DNA from: Leucoraja ocellata
Lineage: Eukaryota
Direction of reading: 5' to 3'
Assembly: GCA_036785375.1 (NCBI GenBank)
Contig: JAWMAR010000473.1
Location: 682,001-746,000 of the forward strand
Length of the DNA stretch: 64,000 nucleotides
Position numbers and translations under genes: made by a program. Every line of letters begins with the position of its first letter. Position 1 is the stretch's first letter. This document shows positions 24,331 through 37,214 of this stretch, one piece after another. The notes under the pieces are model-generated. The model did no database searches, was not told the origin of the DNA, and was given only the letters and a program-made list of their open reading frames with translations.

Positions 24331-26221
24331 CTTTTGTTGAATTTCCAACAAAATACATGCTTTTCTTGGAAATTAACGTATGATAATGGCATTAAATATG
24401 CTTCCTTGATATCAATGCTTAGGACGAGCAATAGTAATTTGAAGGTGAGTATTAGGCCAGTAAAAGTCACCATATGTACAGCAGTACAGTCCACGACTTC
24501 ATATAGTCCTACAGTTTAAATAAATTGACATTTGAACCCACAATATCCACAATCACACTCTCCATTAATATGCAACTTGGTTATGTTATGCCAGATGATG
24601 TTATTTATATTAATATTTGTAAAGCTTCAGATGGCAACATACAATCTGTACAAAGTCTACGTAATTCTAACAACAAGATCCATTATTTAATTACTGATGT
24701 GAAACACTAAATACTGTAACAGTTAAAGGCCATTTATCATCGGATGCTCCTGAACTTAACCCAAAAGAAAGACTATTATTTAATATTGACATCTGTGTGG
24801 GGGGGGGGGGAGGCTTAACAATGTAGCTTTTGAAAACTGCTAACTTAAGTGTAATCTTTAGCTTCAGTGGGAAATGAGGTGAATTGCAAAGAATGCTGTT
24901 GTAAAAGCAGGAAATGTGTTGGGAACCAGGGGAGCCTCCTCTTGATGTAGCCCAATTCCTGTCTTGATGAATACAACAGATCAAATGGCAAGTTATACCT
25001 TAAAAGGCAATGGTTCAATCTATGCAGTAGTTTAGCATTTATTTGTATCTGTAGGCTGGGCAATGAGTGTTGAGCACAGATTAATTTACCTTTCTCAGTT
25101 AATGGCTATTTACAATAATTAATCCGGTTTGTTGACATTTTCCACATAAACTTCAATAAATATATATATTTTTTTCTGCTGGTTTTATCAATGTAAAAAT
25201 GTGAAGCCAACATTGTTTGACAGCAAAACCTTCAAAAAGCGATAAGATTGTATAACCTGAATATTTATTTTAGTTTCATCATCTCGGCCATTTAAACTAG
25301 TTTACTTATTCTGAATATTTTATTTCACATCCAAAATGAGTTATGATTATCATCTCTAGTCTGACACATTTTTTCAGGGTTAGTATGTAGAATATTCAAT
25401 GACTGTTCAACCTTTGGCATTCTCCCATTAAGTTCTGAAACATGGACATCAGCCTTATTCACACCCCTTCAGGTTTAAGAATATTGGTCTTTTAGATATG
25501 TAATGTTTGTGTTGTGTGGTAAAATTATCCATTGTGTACTTTGGTGGGAGAAGGTGCTGGAGATGAGGACTGACAGTGTGCAGGCAACTGTGGGAGTTGG
25601 ATGATGGACCAGCTCAAAGCTGAGTGTGCGATCTCTCACAAGTCAACCATTAACATGCATGTGACCATATTTGGTGACCTGTCATCGCTAAACACATCAG
25701 TAGGAGCAATGTCATGGGTGGTTAGCTCTACTTAAAATCCATTTTCAGTGCTTGAAGATACCCTGAACATCTTAAGATGGAGCTTCATTGTGTACCAAGA
25801 GCAGAAATTGGCATCAAATCCAAAGTGAATCTAACCAATAAAATACTGTAAAGAGACATGGTATGAAAAACAAATAACTTCAAGGTTTTCAGTGATTACT
25901 TTGTGACCTTCATAAAATAGGTTAAATATAGGAATGGTATGAATGCTCTCCTTTCCTTTCTTCCAATCTCACAACACAAATATATCCTTTAGATACTCTG
26001 AGTTAAACCCGGGCAGACAGTGGGGCAATGGAAGGACAGAACTGAAGAAGAAGTAATAGCGTTGATTTTCACACTTGCGGGCTTCAGCTCAGATGTTAAC
26101 ATTTTCATGGGGAGAGTGCAGACTCTGGCCATGAGTGGTCTACATCCAGGGGAGAGGGAAAGAATAGCTCTGGTTGTAGAGCACAAATATGCTGCTCCAG
26201 ATGACAAAAACTTCAGTAGTC

Positions 26222-26700
26222 AAGTTGAGTTTATTGGGGCTTGCACAAGTACTGAGGTACAGATGCAGTAAAAAATCTTCCTAACAGTAGCATCATAGAC
26301 AGATAGACTTGGGCAACACACAAAAACAAATCCCACATACATCACACGTGAAATTATCCAAATAAATAAGACTGCAAAAATAACAAGACATTAGTGCAAA
26401 ACAATTAGGAACAAAACAAGTCCTTAATCGTGTAAGAGATGGCTGTAGTGTTCCATGTTTAAGGTATGAATAGGGTTGTACAGGTTGGTTTAAGAACCTG
26501 CTAGTTGTAGGAGCGTAGCTGTTCCTGAACGTGGTGGAGTGGGACTTCAGGCTTCTGTACCTCCTCCCTGAGGGCTGCAGTGAGAAGAGTGTATGTCCCG
26601 GATGGTGGGATCCTTGATGATAGATGCAGTCTCCTTGAGATAGCACATTTTGGTGCTGCAGCTGCACGTCTACAACAGCTCACTAAAGTGGTGATGTCCA
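26222..26700 (-). mobile_element. Rex1/Babar LINE 3' fragment
   Basis: HHPGHTLFSLQPSGRRYRSLKSHSTTFRNSYAPTTSRFLN in ORF 26293..26667. Confidence 0.85.
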
Positions 26701-27235
26701 GGACATAGGAATAGAATTTGGACATTCGGCCCATCGAGTCTGCTCTGCCATTCAAACTGCCACCCAGGTTGAGATAAGACAACTCTATCGTGTCTTTTAG
26801 GGACAACTGCTTACGATCAATGTCCAATGTCATGTGTACAATCACATACACTTAACGTCAGCAGCTTCCATTAGTATTTGTGCAGCCATTGGGATAGCAT
26901 TGCTTTGTACCATTAGAATTGGTAAGGGCACACACAAGTCAGGAACAAAGAAGACGCACAGGGTGATTCGTTGACTTATATTGTGTTTGCCATTGTAGAT
27001 ATATAAATTTGATTTGGAATATTTATTTTCTCTTAACCTCACTTATGTATTGAGGGCAGATGACCATTGTGAGACAGAGACATCCATGATTAACTATCAA
27101 TGGTCACGCACTGAGGCAGACAGGGACATGCTAGAGCAGCAAGCAATGCTCACATATTGTGGAATCAGTGGCATCTTGAATCAACCACATCTCTGCCGAT
27201 CCATTCTCTCATCCCATACTAGATTCTGACATGAG

Positions 27236-27362
27236 AGAAGAAGGGTCTCAACCTGAAACGTTACCCATTCCTTCCCTCCAGAGATGCTGCCTGTCCCGCT
27301 GAGTTACTCCAGCATATGTGTCTATCTTTGGTTTAAACCAGTATCTGCAGTTCCTTCTTACT
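27236..27362 (+). mobile_element. Penelope-terminus fragment with tail
   Basis: 'gaagaagggtctcaacctgaaacgttacccattcc...gctgagttactccagc...ccagtatctgcagttccttctta'. Confidence 0.8.
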
Positions 27363-27529
27363 CAATGATATATACTCGTTTCTTTCCAGAAAAAGAGAGC
27401 TTCGATGGCCATCACAATAGCACAAGGTAATTTAAGGCATATTACAAATATCCCCAATCTTAGCTGGGAAACACGTATAAACAAAATTCACTGTTATTGT
27501 TGCCATTGAAACCTCTAAGAATTAAGTAG

Positions 27530-27833
27530 AAAAAAGGAACTGCAGGTACTGGTTAACAAAAAAAGGACACAGTGCTGGAGTAACTCAGCAGGTCAGAGAG
27601 CATCCCATTCTTTTGTCTCATACCTTCTGTTGCCCATCCATCTGCCTATCAAAATCCTCCTGGCAACAATTACTTGCCGCACTTTGTCTTGCCCCTCCTC
27701 TCTTCCTGCTTTCTTCCCCCCCCCCCCCCCACAAGCAGTCTGAAGAAGGGTCCCAACACGAAAAATCACCTACCGTGTTCTCCAGAGATGCTGCCTGATC
27801 CACTGAGTTACTCAGCACTTTGTATCCTTTATT
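27530..27833. mobile_element. Fold-back Penelope-derived mini-element with imperfect 14-bp TSD
   Basis: Inverted ends 'aaaggacacagtgctggagtaactcagcaggtcag' and 'ctgatccactgagttactcagcactttgtatccttt'; internal 'ctgaagaagggtcccaacacgaaa'; flanks TAAGAATTAAGTAG (27516-27529) and TAAGAATGAAGTGG (27834-27847). Confidence 0.75.
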
Positions 27834-28016
27834 TAAGAATGAAGTGGTGTCTGCAACAGACAACCATTTGCTGCAAGGATTTCCTTAAAGCACAGACATC
27901 ACATACATTCTTTTTCACATGTTCAGGAAGGGGAAATCTAGCTAGAGATGACATTATTCTCACTCTTCTTTTCTCCTTCTTCCTCTTCCAGGAGTCTACT
28001 CTAATGCACACCTCTT

Positions 28017-28351
28017 ATAAGTTCATAAATCATAGGAGCAGAAGTAGGCCATTTGGCCCTTCAAGTTGACTCCGCCATTCAATTATGGCTGATCTATCGT
28101 TCCCTCTCAACCCCATTCTCCTTAACACCTTCACTAGTCAAGAATCTGTTCATATCCGCCTTAAAAGTACCCAATGACTTGGCTTCCACAGCTTTCTGTG
28201 GCAATGAATCCCACAGATTCACCATCCTCTTACTAAAGAAATTCCTTGTCATCTCCTTTCATTCTGAGGCTATGCCCTCTGGTCTCAGACTCACCCACCA
28301 GTGGGAAACATCCTCTCCACATCCACTCCATCCAGGCCTTTCACTATTCGG
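28017..28351 (-). mobile_element. CR1 3' end fragment
   Basis: 'cataggagcagaagtaggccatttggcccttcaag...ttctgtggcaatgaatcccacagattcacc'. Confidence 0.85.
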
Positions 28352-29612
28352 TAATACCACTTCTCATTCTTTGAGTGGTATTGTATTTCAAAAGGCATGC
28401 CTACTAATTCCCTCATGTCTGCAAAATACTGGTTCTTGCAGAAGTTTTGAAAAGAGCAAAAATTCCTTCAGTGCCTGCCACACCATTCCTTGTTGACTTT
28501 TGCAACTTGAAACTGTCACACAAACAATAAATTAAGTAGAAACCAACCTGTAATTTGCAGTAAATCCCCTTAAATGATGCTGGTGCAGTCTCTTTCTTCC
28601 TGCTAAATGTATATTCAGCTGGACAAGGCTAAGAGAGAGAATACTTTCTGGAGAGTTGTGAAAGCATTAATATCAATTAACGCTGTACATTGGTTCACTG
28701 CCTATTTCCAGTGGATAGTTACTCTTTGCATTGTAGTGCTCTCATCATTAGAACCACATATCGATTCATATAACACTCAAAATAAACAAACAGGAACAGT
28801 TTGAAATTCTTACTGCATATCTTTGGGGATTTTGTTTTGACAGCATAATTAACAGTTTTGTTTTTCACAATAAATTTCATCTGATTTTTAAACAAATGAC
28901 AAATGCTGCTTTTTGTTGGAATTATTCTTACATGGAAAAATATTTGAAGTTTAACAAAGCATTGATACCAAAACCAGTTATCAAAATTATGTTCTATTGT
29001 GAAAGCATTTTTTAATAACGTTGAAAAAAATAGAAGTATTAAAATAAACCTGATGCTTTTTCATATTAGATTTTATTTTAAATTGAATTGTTTGGATGAT
29101 TTGTTTTCACAACATATTGTTTTGGTATTTATATTCCCTAAATTACTCCATTATAAAATAAAATCTCTTAAGAAAATAATTTCTAATACGTATTACAGAG
29201 TTGCAGAATTTAATCTTAATTCTACAGATCTAATTTTATTTTACTAATTTGCACCAGGGAATAGGTGATAACATTTTTTCAACATTGAACTTTTTGTGTC
29301 TGCAACTATTACACTTTTCACTGTTCTGTGAATGTTACAGAGAAAATTCATGACACACAGCAACCACCTTGTTCCTTGAAGGCCATGTACAGTTTTATAC
29401 CGATTTTGATTGTTTTTTTTGTGTTTGTACGATCATTAAAATAAAAATGTACTTTTGGTACTGGAAAATTGACACTACATAGCTGAAGATCACTATTCAT
29501 AATTGCTAGCTGCATGAGAATAAATATTGGTTAATGTTTGAATAATGTGTTTAGTTTAACTGGTTACGCATCTGGCCTGGAATATAGTTACTTCACAACA
29601 TAAATAATTTTA

Positions 29613-29678
29613 AAATCAGCAGTAACTTTTACTCTGCTGTTGCCCAAATCAGCAGTAACCTTTACCCTGTTGTTGCCC
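29613..29678. repeat. 33-bp tandem duplication
   Basis: aaatcagcagtaacttttactctgctgttgccc followed by aaatcagcagtaacctttaccctgttgttgccc (3 mismatches). Confidence 0.85.
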
Positions 29679-31059
29679 AATCCTTAACCTATTGGAATTG
29701 TCCAACTACATTATTATACTAACAAAACTAATTTGAAAATTCAGTACCATTCAGGAACTATGTGCTCTATTAAACTCTCTCCATGCAGACTTCCTTTTTG
29801 TTCTTTACCGCAAAGTTGCATGCAAAAGAACAATTAACCTTAAACTGCAGTAAAATTCTTTCACATAAAATGTTACAACATGTTCTATAGAGTGGGGCTT
29901 CCTGAAGGGAAATCACGTCCCTTGGCTTTAATGGTTTTGTTTTAAACGATTGCCAAACAGTATATGCTGCATATTGTTTTGGGCAAATTTCCAGGGGTTA
30001 CATATATCCATAACAAAATTGACTGATGTATGTCCAAACTCGCATTTCTAAATCACTTAAAAATTAAATAATTTAATTTCTCCTCCTCGCCACTTTAACT
30101 TGTAGAGTTCCTTCCATTGCAAATGTGAGGCAAAAACTGCATGCAGTTTAATAATGGTAAGTGCTAACACAAAGCAGTTTAAACTTCAAATTGTGGTCTT
30201 TAAGAAAATCAATCCAAAAACATGAACACGAATGGCAACTCCTTGAATCTCACTTTGAAACTACATTTTTAAACGTTGCATGTTTGTAAAGAGCCGACTT
30301 CTCATTATCATTAAAATGGAAATAACAAACATAAATATGCACAGAAGCATTGATGACTTTGTTCCCCAGGGCAGAATGCAACACAAAATCCAAAAGTACG
30401 TCATTTCTGTTAACTTCAATAGATTTAAAGTTATATAAAAAGCAAAATAAATGAACTCTAAATGCTGGAACTCAAACCAAAAATAGAAAACGTTGAAAAC
30501 TGACAAATCAACCAGCGTATGTAGTGAACAGACAAACTGAAAATTTCAATGTAACCTTTTATTGCTTTAAAGGGCATAAGTGATTGACCCACTAAACATT
30601 CAGCCCAATTATTGAATCACTATTTAGCAGTTCTAATTTCAAATAGATACATGGAGAGGCATAATATTTTCATTTACTAACAATTAATTAACGTTAAGGA
30701 TGATCTTAACAAGTGGCAGAGAACTGGCAGGTAGAAGATTCTGATTGCCTAATTTGCTGCTTAACACCCCAAGCTATTTTAAGCTATTAAAAGGTTCTGG
30801 GAGTGCAGGAAGTTGTTTGGGTCCCATGTTGAACAGGCAGATGGCCAGACTTCATGCATGGGTGGAGGAGGGCAGTGGTGAAGGTGTCAAGGGTAGGAAT
30901 GTTCAGAAGGGCTGCAACTTACAGCTGTTTTGCAGGCAGTCTATAGTGGTCATTTTAAGATTTTTTCCTAGAATACTCAGTGCCTGAAACAAATGTGCAG
31001 ACCATGTGCATTGTATTCAATACTTATTTGCATCTCAAAACTGCAATTATTGTCTGGTG

Positions 31060-31253
31060 GTAGACACAAAATGCCGGAGTAACTCAGCGGGACAGGCAGC
31101 ATCTCCGGAGAGAAAGAATGGGTGACGTTTCGAGTCTCGACCCGAAACGTCACCCATTCCTTCTCTCCAGAGATGCTGCCTGTCCCGCTGAGATACTACA
31201 GCATTTTGTATCTACCTTCGATTTAAACCAACATCTGCAGTTCTTTCTTACAC
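31060..31253. mobile_element. Palindromic Penelope-terminus mini-element with perfect 14-bp TSD
   Basis: Arms 31061-31132 and 31143-31214 are near-perfect reverse complements, followed by a ~40-bp tail; ATTATTGTCTGGTG at 31046-31059 and 31254-31267. Confidence 0.9.
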
Positions 31254-31980
31254 ATTATTGTCTGGTGCACATCATTAGACAAGAATTTAAATATTATGTG
31301 GTCTCCAACATTACACAAACCCCATGAATCTATAAACCTTCCCCGACATAATACCAAAAGGACACAAAATGCTGGAGTAATTCAACACCTTGTGTCCTTT
31401 TGTACATTAACCAGCATCTACAGCCTTTGTTTCAATCTAAACTACCAGATTATTTATACCGTGGGAAGCAAGTTAAAATCAACCATATTAAGTATACAAG
31501 GACAATCTTCTAGGAATCCTTTCTGAGGAAAAGCTCTAACATTGGTATAGTAATTTTACAAAAGTCCAATAAATGTCTCTCATATGCTTTTTTTTTTAGT
31601 CACAGACATTTGTGCCCAGTTAAATATGAAAATCTGTTCTGTTTTGGCCATTTGTGGCTGATATCATTAATATGTTATAAGATAAAAATATTAAATGTAC
31701 TTTTTGAAGTTCAAACAATAAAATAATGTGGTAACTTTATTTTAAATTCTATCCTGTGTTATTACAGGGCTGTCTCCTTCAGATGCTAAATTTCTAACTT
31801 ATTTCATAGATAGAAAATACTCTTGTATAGAAATTACCCTTGCAACCAAAAGTTTGCAACTCACTACCTTGCTATTAAGTTGCTAATTTTAAGGTCTTCT
31901 GCTCTGATGCTGATGCATCCAATATATGATAAAAATTACACTGAAAAGTTTCAGTTATGAAACATAAGGAAGTCTTCCAT

Positions 31981-32438
31981 ATAAATGTTCCTGAAAAACT
32001 CTAAAGTTGGAATTATTTATTTGTATATTTTCCTTTTTAAATTGTCTATCCTGATATATATCTGCAGTTCTTTCTTACACATTATTGTCTGGTGCACATC
32101 ATTAGACAAGAATTTAAATATTATGTGGTCTCCAACATTACACAGACCCCATGAATCTATAAACCTTCCCCGCCATAATACCATTATTTTACCAAATTAA
32201 AAATTTAAAAATAAATTGGATAGTTATATGGATGGGAAGGGAATGGAGGGTTATGGTCTGAGCGCAGTTATATGGGACTAGGGGAGATTATGTGTTCGGC
32301 ACGGACTAGAAGGGTCGAGATGGCCTGTTTCCGTGCTGTAATTGTTATATGGTTATTATATGGTTATATATAGGCAATTATAAAAGGAAAATATACAAAT
32401 AAATAATTCCAACTTTAGAGTTTTTCAGGAACATTTAT
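31981..32438. repeat. Composite insertion: 69-bp inverted repeat enclosing a 124-bp local duplication and a CR1 3' end
   Basis: 31981-32049 is the near-exact reverse complement of 32370-32438; 32060-32183 copies 31233-31356 (2 mismatches); ~32200-32369 is a + strand CR1 tail ending 'ggcctgtttccgtgctgtaattgttatatggtta'. Confidence 0.9.
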
Positions 32439-34287
32439 CGTGATATATATATATATATTTAAACCATGTCAATAATCGGTGTCAAAGGCAATTTGTGGTA
32501 AAATATTCAATGTTTTTATAGCCCTTTATATGAAAAAGTCCAGTAATTCTTTTTTTTTCATGTTCCTAATAGTAATTTTGATCCTTCAAATGTTAGAGCT
32601 TTACCGATAAATTCATCCCGACACTAGCATCAAACTGAATAGATAATGATGACAGTACCTTGTAACTTCTATTGAAGTCAGTAAAATGAATTTCTGAGGC
32701 AAAATACAGTAACTTAATGTTACTATTTAGTGTGCATTTGGAACCTTGAACTCTAATTATTCAATAACCTATATTCTACAAAATGAAAAAGACCCTATAT
32801 TGTAGGTATTGATATATATCTCATTCTGCTATGACTTCGTAAACTTTTGCTTTACATTCATGGCTCCAATATCTTTCTTATGACAGGGTGTCTACGGTTG
32901 TATCCAATTTTGTAATACTTCCATTTCCATTCAACGTATATGCCTGTAAACCACTTAATCCCAATTATCATTTTATGATGATCCTTGCCTGCATTCACAA
33001 AGCTTTGTGACGGCTATTTCTCTCTTCGCCAATGTTGCTTGACCTACTGAACAATTCTGGTACTTTATGTTGATCTTTCTCCTTCCTCTTTTCTCTTCTT
33101 ACACTCTGTCTCCTCACTGTCTTTCATCCCTCCCTCCACTCTGCTGCAGCTTGTTGTGTCCTGCAGTCACTGGCTTGAAATAAATACACTTTGGGTTCTG
33201 TACACCAAGGGTCGTTTGTGAGTTATTTAGCCCTCAAATACAACACAGCTTATCCCATTTGGAAATTATTTCCATTCGTTGTAGTTTTTCCTCAAAGTGC
33301 AATGCCTCACAATTGTCTCCAATAAAATGCATCAAAAACTCATCTGTCTATTTTGTTGTATTTTAGTATTTCAATAGTTTTCATCCAGTATTTCACTCCA
33401 ATCTTCTATTTTTGTCCAACAGACTTATCGGAATTATTAGCAATCTTTTATATCTTTAGTCTTGATAACTAAATCCAAATTATCTAACAAAGTACCATCA
33501 GTCACTAATTCCAAAACACAACCTACATAAATATAGGCAAGTCATCCTTCTATCCACGAGGTTACATTCTCTTTCATACCTTATTGATTGAAAATTTAAT
33601 GTTTGAATATATATTCTACTTATTTTATAGAATATATGGATTCTCTGTAAAATCCATATATTCAATGGCATCCATGTGCTCAAGAGTAACATGTGTGTGT
33701 TCCTTGAAATGTCATAATATTTTACATCAATTTTATAAGAAACATATTATTGAAGAAATGTGAAATTCAACTACTTTGAATTCTTCAGCGAAAAGGACAT
33801 TGGCTTTTCCATCAGTAAATTCACTGTAGAAGTATGCTGACTCATGATCTTCACTTTTATCACCAGATAATTATTTTCCAGCCAGAAATCCAATTACTTC
33901 ATGCAGATACTGTTTTATATCACAGATTAAACTTGGAGTTCAAATAACTGACCATAGCTGGAATGGCTAGAATGAAACTGATACTTATGCAGCGCTAGTG
34001 TAAAGGGTATTTGAAGTTTATTCTATATTCTTCCTTTAAAATATCTGGATTTTAGAATGTATTGTGGATCCATTGTTGATTTAAATTTCTGCCGGTAATG
34101 CAAGGATAAATCTATATATTATAGAAACGTAGAAACATAGAAAAATAGGTGCAGGAGTAGGCCTTTCGGCCCTTCAAGCCAGCACCGCCATTCAATAGCT
34201 GTTCATGGCTGATCATCTAAAATCAGTACTCGTTCCTGCTTTTTCCCCATACCTCTTAATTCCTTTAGCCCTAAGAGCTAAATCTAA

Positions 34288-35190
34288 AGGGCCTGTCCCA
34301 CTAACGCGACTTTTCAGCAACTGTCTTCGACCTTCAAGCTTGGGGGCAGGGCCAGGGAAAACAGGGGAGCGCTGTCTGAAATTCACACCCATGATGAACA
34401 GGAAGGTAAAAGATGGCTGGCACAGTAACGGTAAGTCCTTTAGAGAGTGCGGGGGGGGGGGGGGGGGGGGTGGGAAGAAGGGGGGGAGAGAGAGAAGGGG
34501 GGAGGGAGAGAAGGGTTGGGAGGGAGAGAAAGGGGGGGAGGGAGAGAAAGGGGAGGGGGGAGGAGAGAAAGGGGGGGGAGGGAGAGAAAGGGGGGGGAAA
34601 GAGAGAAAGGGGGGAGGGAGAGAAGGGGGGGAGGGAGAGAAGGGGGGGAGGGAGAGAAGGGGGGAGGGAGAGAAGGGGGGGAGGGAGAGAAGGGGGGGAG
34701 GGAGAGAAGGGGGGAGGGAGAGAAGGGGGGAGGGAGAGAAGGGGGGGGTGAGAGAGAAGGGGGAGAGAGAAGGGGGGGAGAGAGAGAGGGGAAGACACTT
34801 TTAATAAGCCAGACAACTTTTAATAACATTTATTGGGCATTTAACATTACTGGTCGGTTTACTCACCTTTTTTTTCTCAATGAGCTTTAGCTTTGATTAC
34901 CTTCGATTACCTACGATAGCATTACGACCTACTATGACCTACCTCGACTAAAACTACGAGTAAAAAAATATTGATTTTTTTCCATGGCGACTTTTCTCGT
35001 GGGCATTTTTCAGCATGTTGAAAAAAACGCCGCGACCTAGCTGAGGCCTCAAGTATGCGGGGACTACTTTTGAGCATGAAGGAGAGTTACAAAGATCTTC
35101 TAGGATCTCGTGTCGACCATGCTGCGAGTATGAGTCGAGGGCAAACTCTTCTAAACTTGCAAATTAGGTCGCCACAGTGGGACAGGCCCT
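34288..35190. mobile_element. PIF/Harbinger-type MITE with an internal purine-rich tandem array
   Basis: Perfect 15-bp TIRs AGGGCCTGTCCCACT and AGTGGGACAGGCCCT; TAA TSD at 34285-34287 and 35191-35193. Confidence 0.93.
34451..34792. repeat. (GGGGGGAGGGAGAGAA)n-type purine minisatellite with G-run
   Basis: About 20 variable units of 14-17 bp; source of the Gly/Glu/Arg and Pro/Ser/Leu pseudo-ORFs. Confidence 0.9.
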
Positions 35191-36978
35191 TAACTCTCTC
35201 TTGAAAATTATGCCATGTAATTTTTGTTCTTATTAAAAACACTGAATATACCCCATGCATAAAAAAACAATATTGCATATTAATCTTTTGGAGTAACAAT
35301 TGTCTGTGATTTTGGCTGTACAGTCAATTTAATAGGTAAATATTTGATCACAAAAACTGTAAGATCTGAAGCCATGCTCAATAGAAAATTGTTCTGATGT
35401 CTTTTCAATTTAACCAAGAAGGAACAGTCACATTCCAGATATTTGACCTTCAAGTTCATCAAAACAATTTAAAAAGATTTAAACCATCTGGTTTACTGCA
35501 CTTATTCATTCAAATTCTTTTCATAGCTGGTCACAGAGCTCTTGATCTGTTGGTCAAAATGCATTTTAAAGCAATCCTAAAATGTTAAACTTGTTGGTTT
35601 GATGCAAATCAGTAATGGATGCAGCTCGGTAATGGATAGACCTTTCAAATATACTCATTATGACAATAATTCTTCCATGAAAATGGAAAAAATGGAAATA
35701 CTGGAAATCTTTGATTAACTTTTTCTCTTTCCACAGATGCTGCCTGACCTATTGAGCATTGCTAGCATTTTTAGTTTTTAATTCAATCACTCTTTCAGGT
35801 TGAAATCATATATTTTTAAATATCTGTTTATATCACTTTTTCATGCTGTTTCAAGTTTGCATAGTAAAAATAACTATTATTTATATTATTTTTTTTAAAT
35901 AAGGTTTTATTAAAAACCTGGGATATTACATTATTTTTAAAGAATACATTCCTTCCTGTCTCTTCCTTCTCATCTTTATTAGGATATACAGTGCAAAGTG
36001 TATAGAATACATCACCAATTGAAAGCCAGTGCACAGACTGGCATGTCCCAATGGCTCTCCAAAATGGCTTATTTTTTAATAAAATCTCAACCAACCTACT
36101 TCCGGAATATTCTGACTTTTGTGACTTAACTAATATTAAATGGAAAAAAAAAATCATGTATCATTTGTTAACAAGAGGAATATTTTGAAATAACATTGTA
36201 GTAACAAAAGAGGATAGAATTACACGCCCGCTATAAAAGAATATTGTAATATTGGTCATTAGCAGTTTTATTGCTGCAGCATAGGAAGAAGAACGAAAGC
36301 ATCCAAGTACATAGGGAAATTTAAGAATATAAATAGTTCTTAATATCTAAGGGTATGTGGCAATGATTATCATGGTAGGACAGTTAGGATTGGTTGAAGG
36401 GGCACAAACGCATCGAGACTGCAAGTGCTTGAGATACACTATTGGTCAAAGAGACCGAGTGACAGCCAACCATATACCAAACACTATCAATATCAGAGAA
36501 GATGAACAAAGCCATCAGTCTTGTCGTAGAGATACTATAAAATTAACCACTTAGTATTCATTTGATACATCTGCCTTTATAATAAAAGATTGGCATGACA
36601 AGATGAATTAACAATAAATTAATTAAATTATATTTTGATGCTTAAGTATGCACATAACTTAGCGAGTAAATGAAAAAATCTAATTTTGTTTGTGCATTAA
36701 CACAAAGTGTTCATGTTGTATCCATATGCAAATCCATTGGTAAGTTTCAAAGGATTCAAACATTCATAATATATCTTTGTTCAATCTTAAATGATCGTAT
36801 CAATGCAAGAATTTACTAAGCCAGGCTGAGTTCCTGAAATTTTGATATTTATTTGTAACTGCTTACCAAGCAAAATTAGGTTAACCGTTACTTAACTTAT
36901 CAATATTGTTGTGTAATTTTTTTACTGCTGTTTCTAGTTTTGATTAATATTGTTTAGAAGTTAGAAGTTAGAAGTGTG

Positions 36979-37065
36979 GGGTAGCATGGTGGCGCAGTGG
37001 TAGAGTCGCTGCCTCACAGCACTAGAGACCCGGATTTGATCCTGACTATGGGTGTTTGTCTGTAT
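36979..37065 (+). mobile_element. HE1-type SINE tRNA-derived head only
   Basis: 'ggtggcgcagtggtagagtcgctgcctcacagcactagagacccggatttgatcctgactatggg' with A/B box-like motifs. Confidence 0.75.
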
Positions 37066-37214
37066 AATTGGTCTAATGAGATAAGGATTAATAGGAAATA
37101 TTTTATACTTTCACTGTATGTGTCATTGTGACTTCAATCTTTTTTTCATAAATTCCACATCAGGACATTTTAATGTAATCTGTAACTTCCGAAGCAGAAT
37201 GTGTTTGATTTATA

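Larger units (their letters stand above)
34122..35206 (-). mobile_element. CR1 3' end split by a Harbinger MITE
   Basis: 34122-34287 rejoins 35194-35206 as 'gctaaatctaa|ctctctcttgaaa', matching 'gctctatctaacactcgtttgaa' in the copy at 2259-2281. Confidence 0.85.

Noticed and set aside
29613-29678. CRISPR-like repeats (also 1390-1432, 40911-40984, 52598-52640)
   Set aside because: Only two units each, no spacer series, no cas genes, vertebrate context; these are simple local duplications.
34205-34890. Gly/Glu/Arg-rich and Pro/Ser-rich ORFs of 112-199 aa
   Set aside because: Produced by the purine minisatellite inside the MITE.
36979-37065. tRNA gene
   Set aside because: A/B-box-like motifs belong to a SINE head; no complete cloverleaf is evident.
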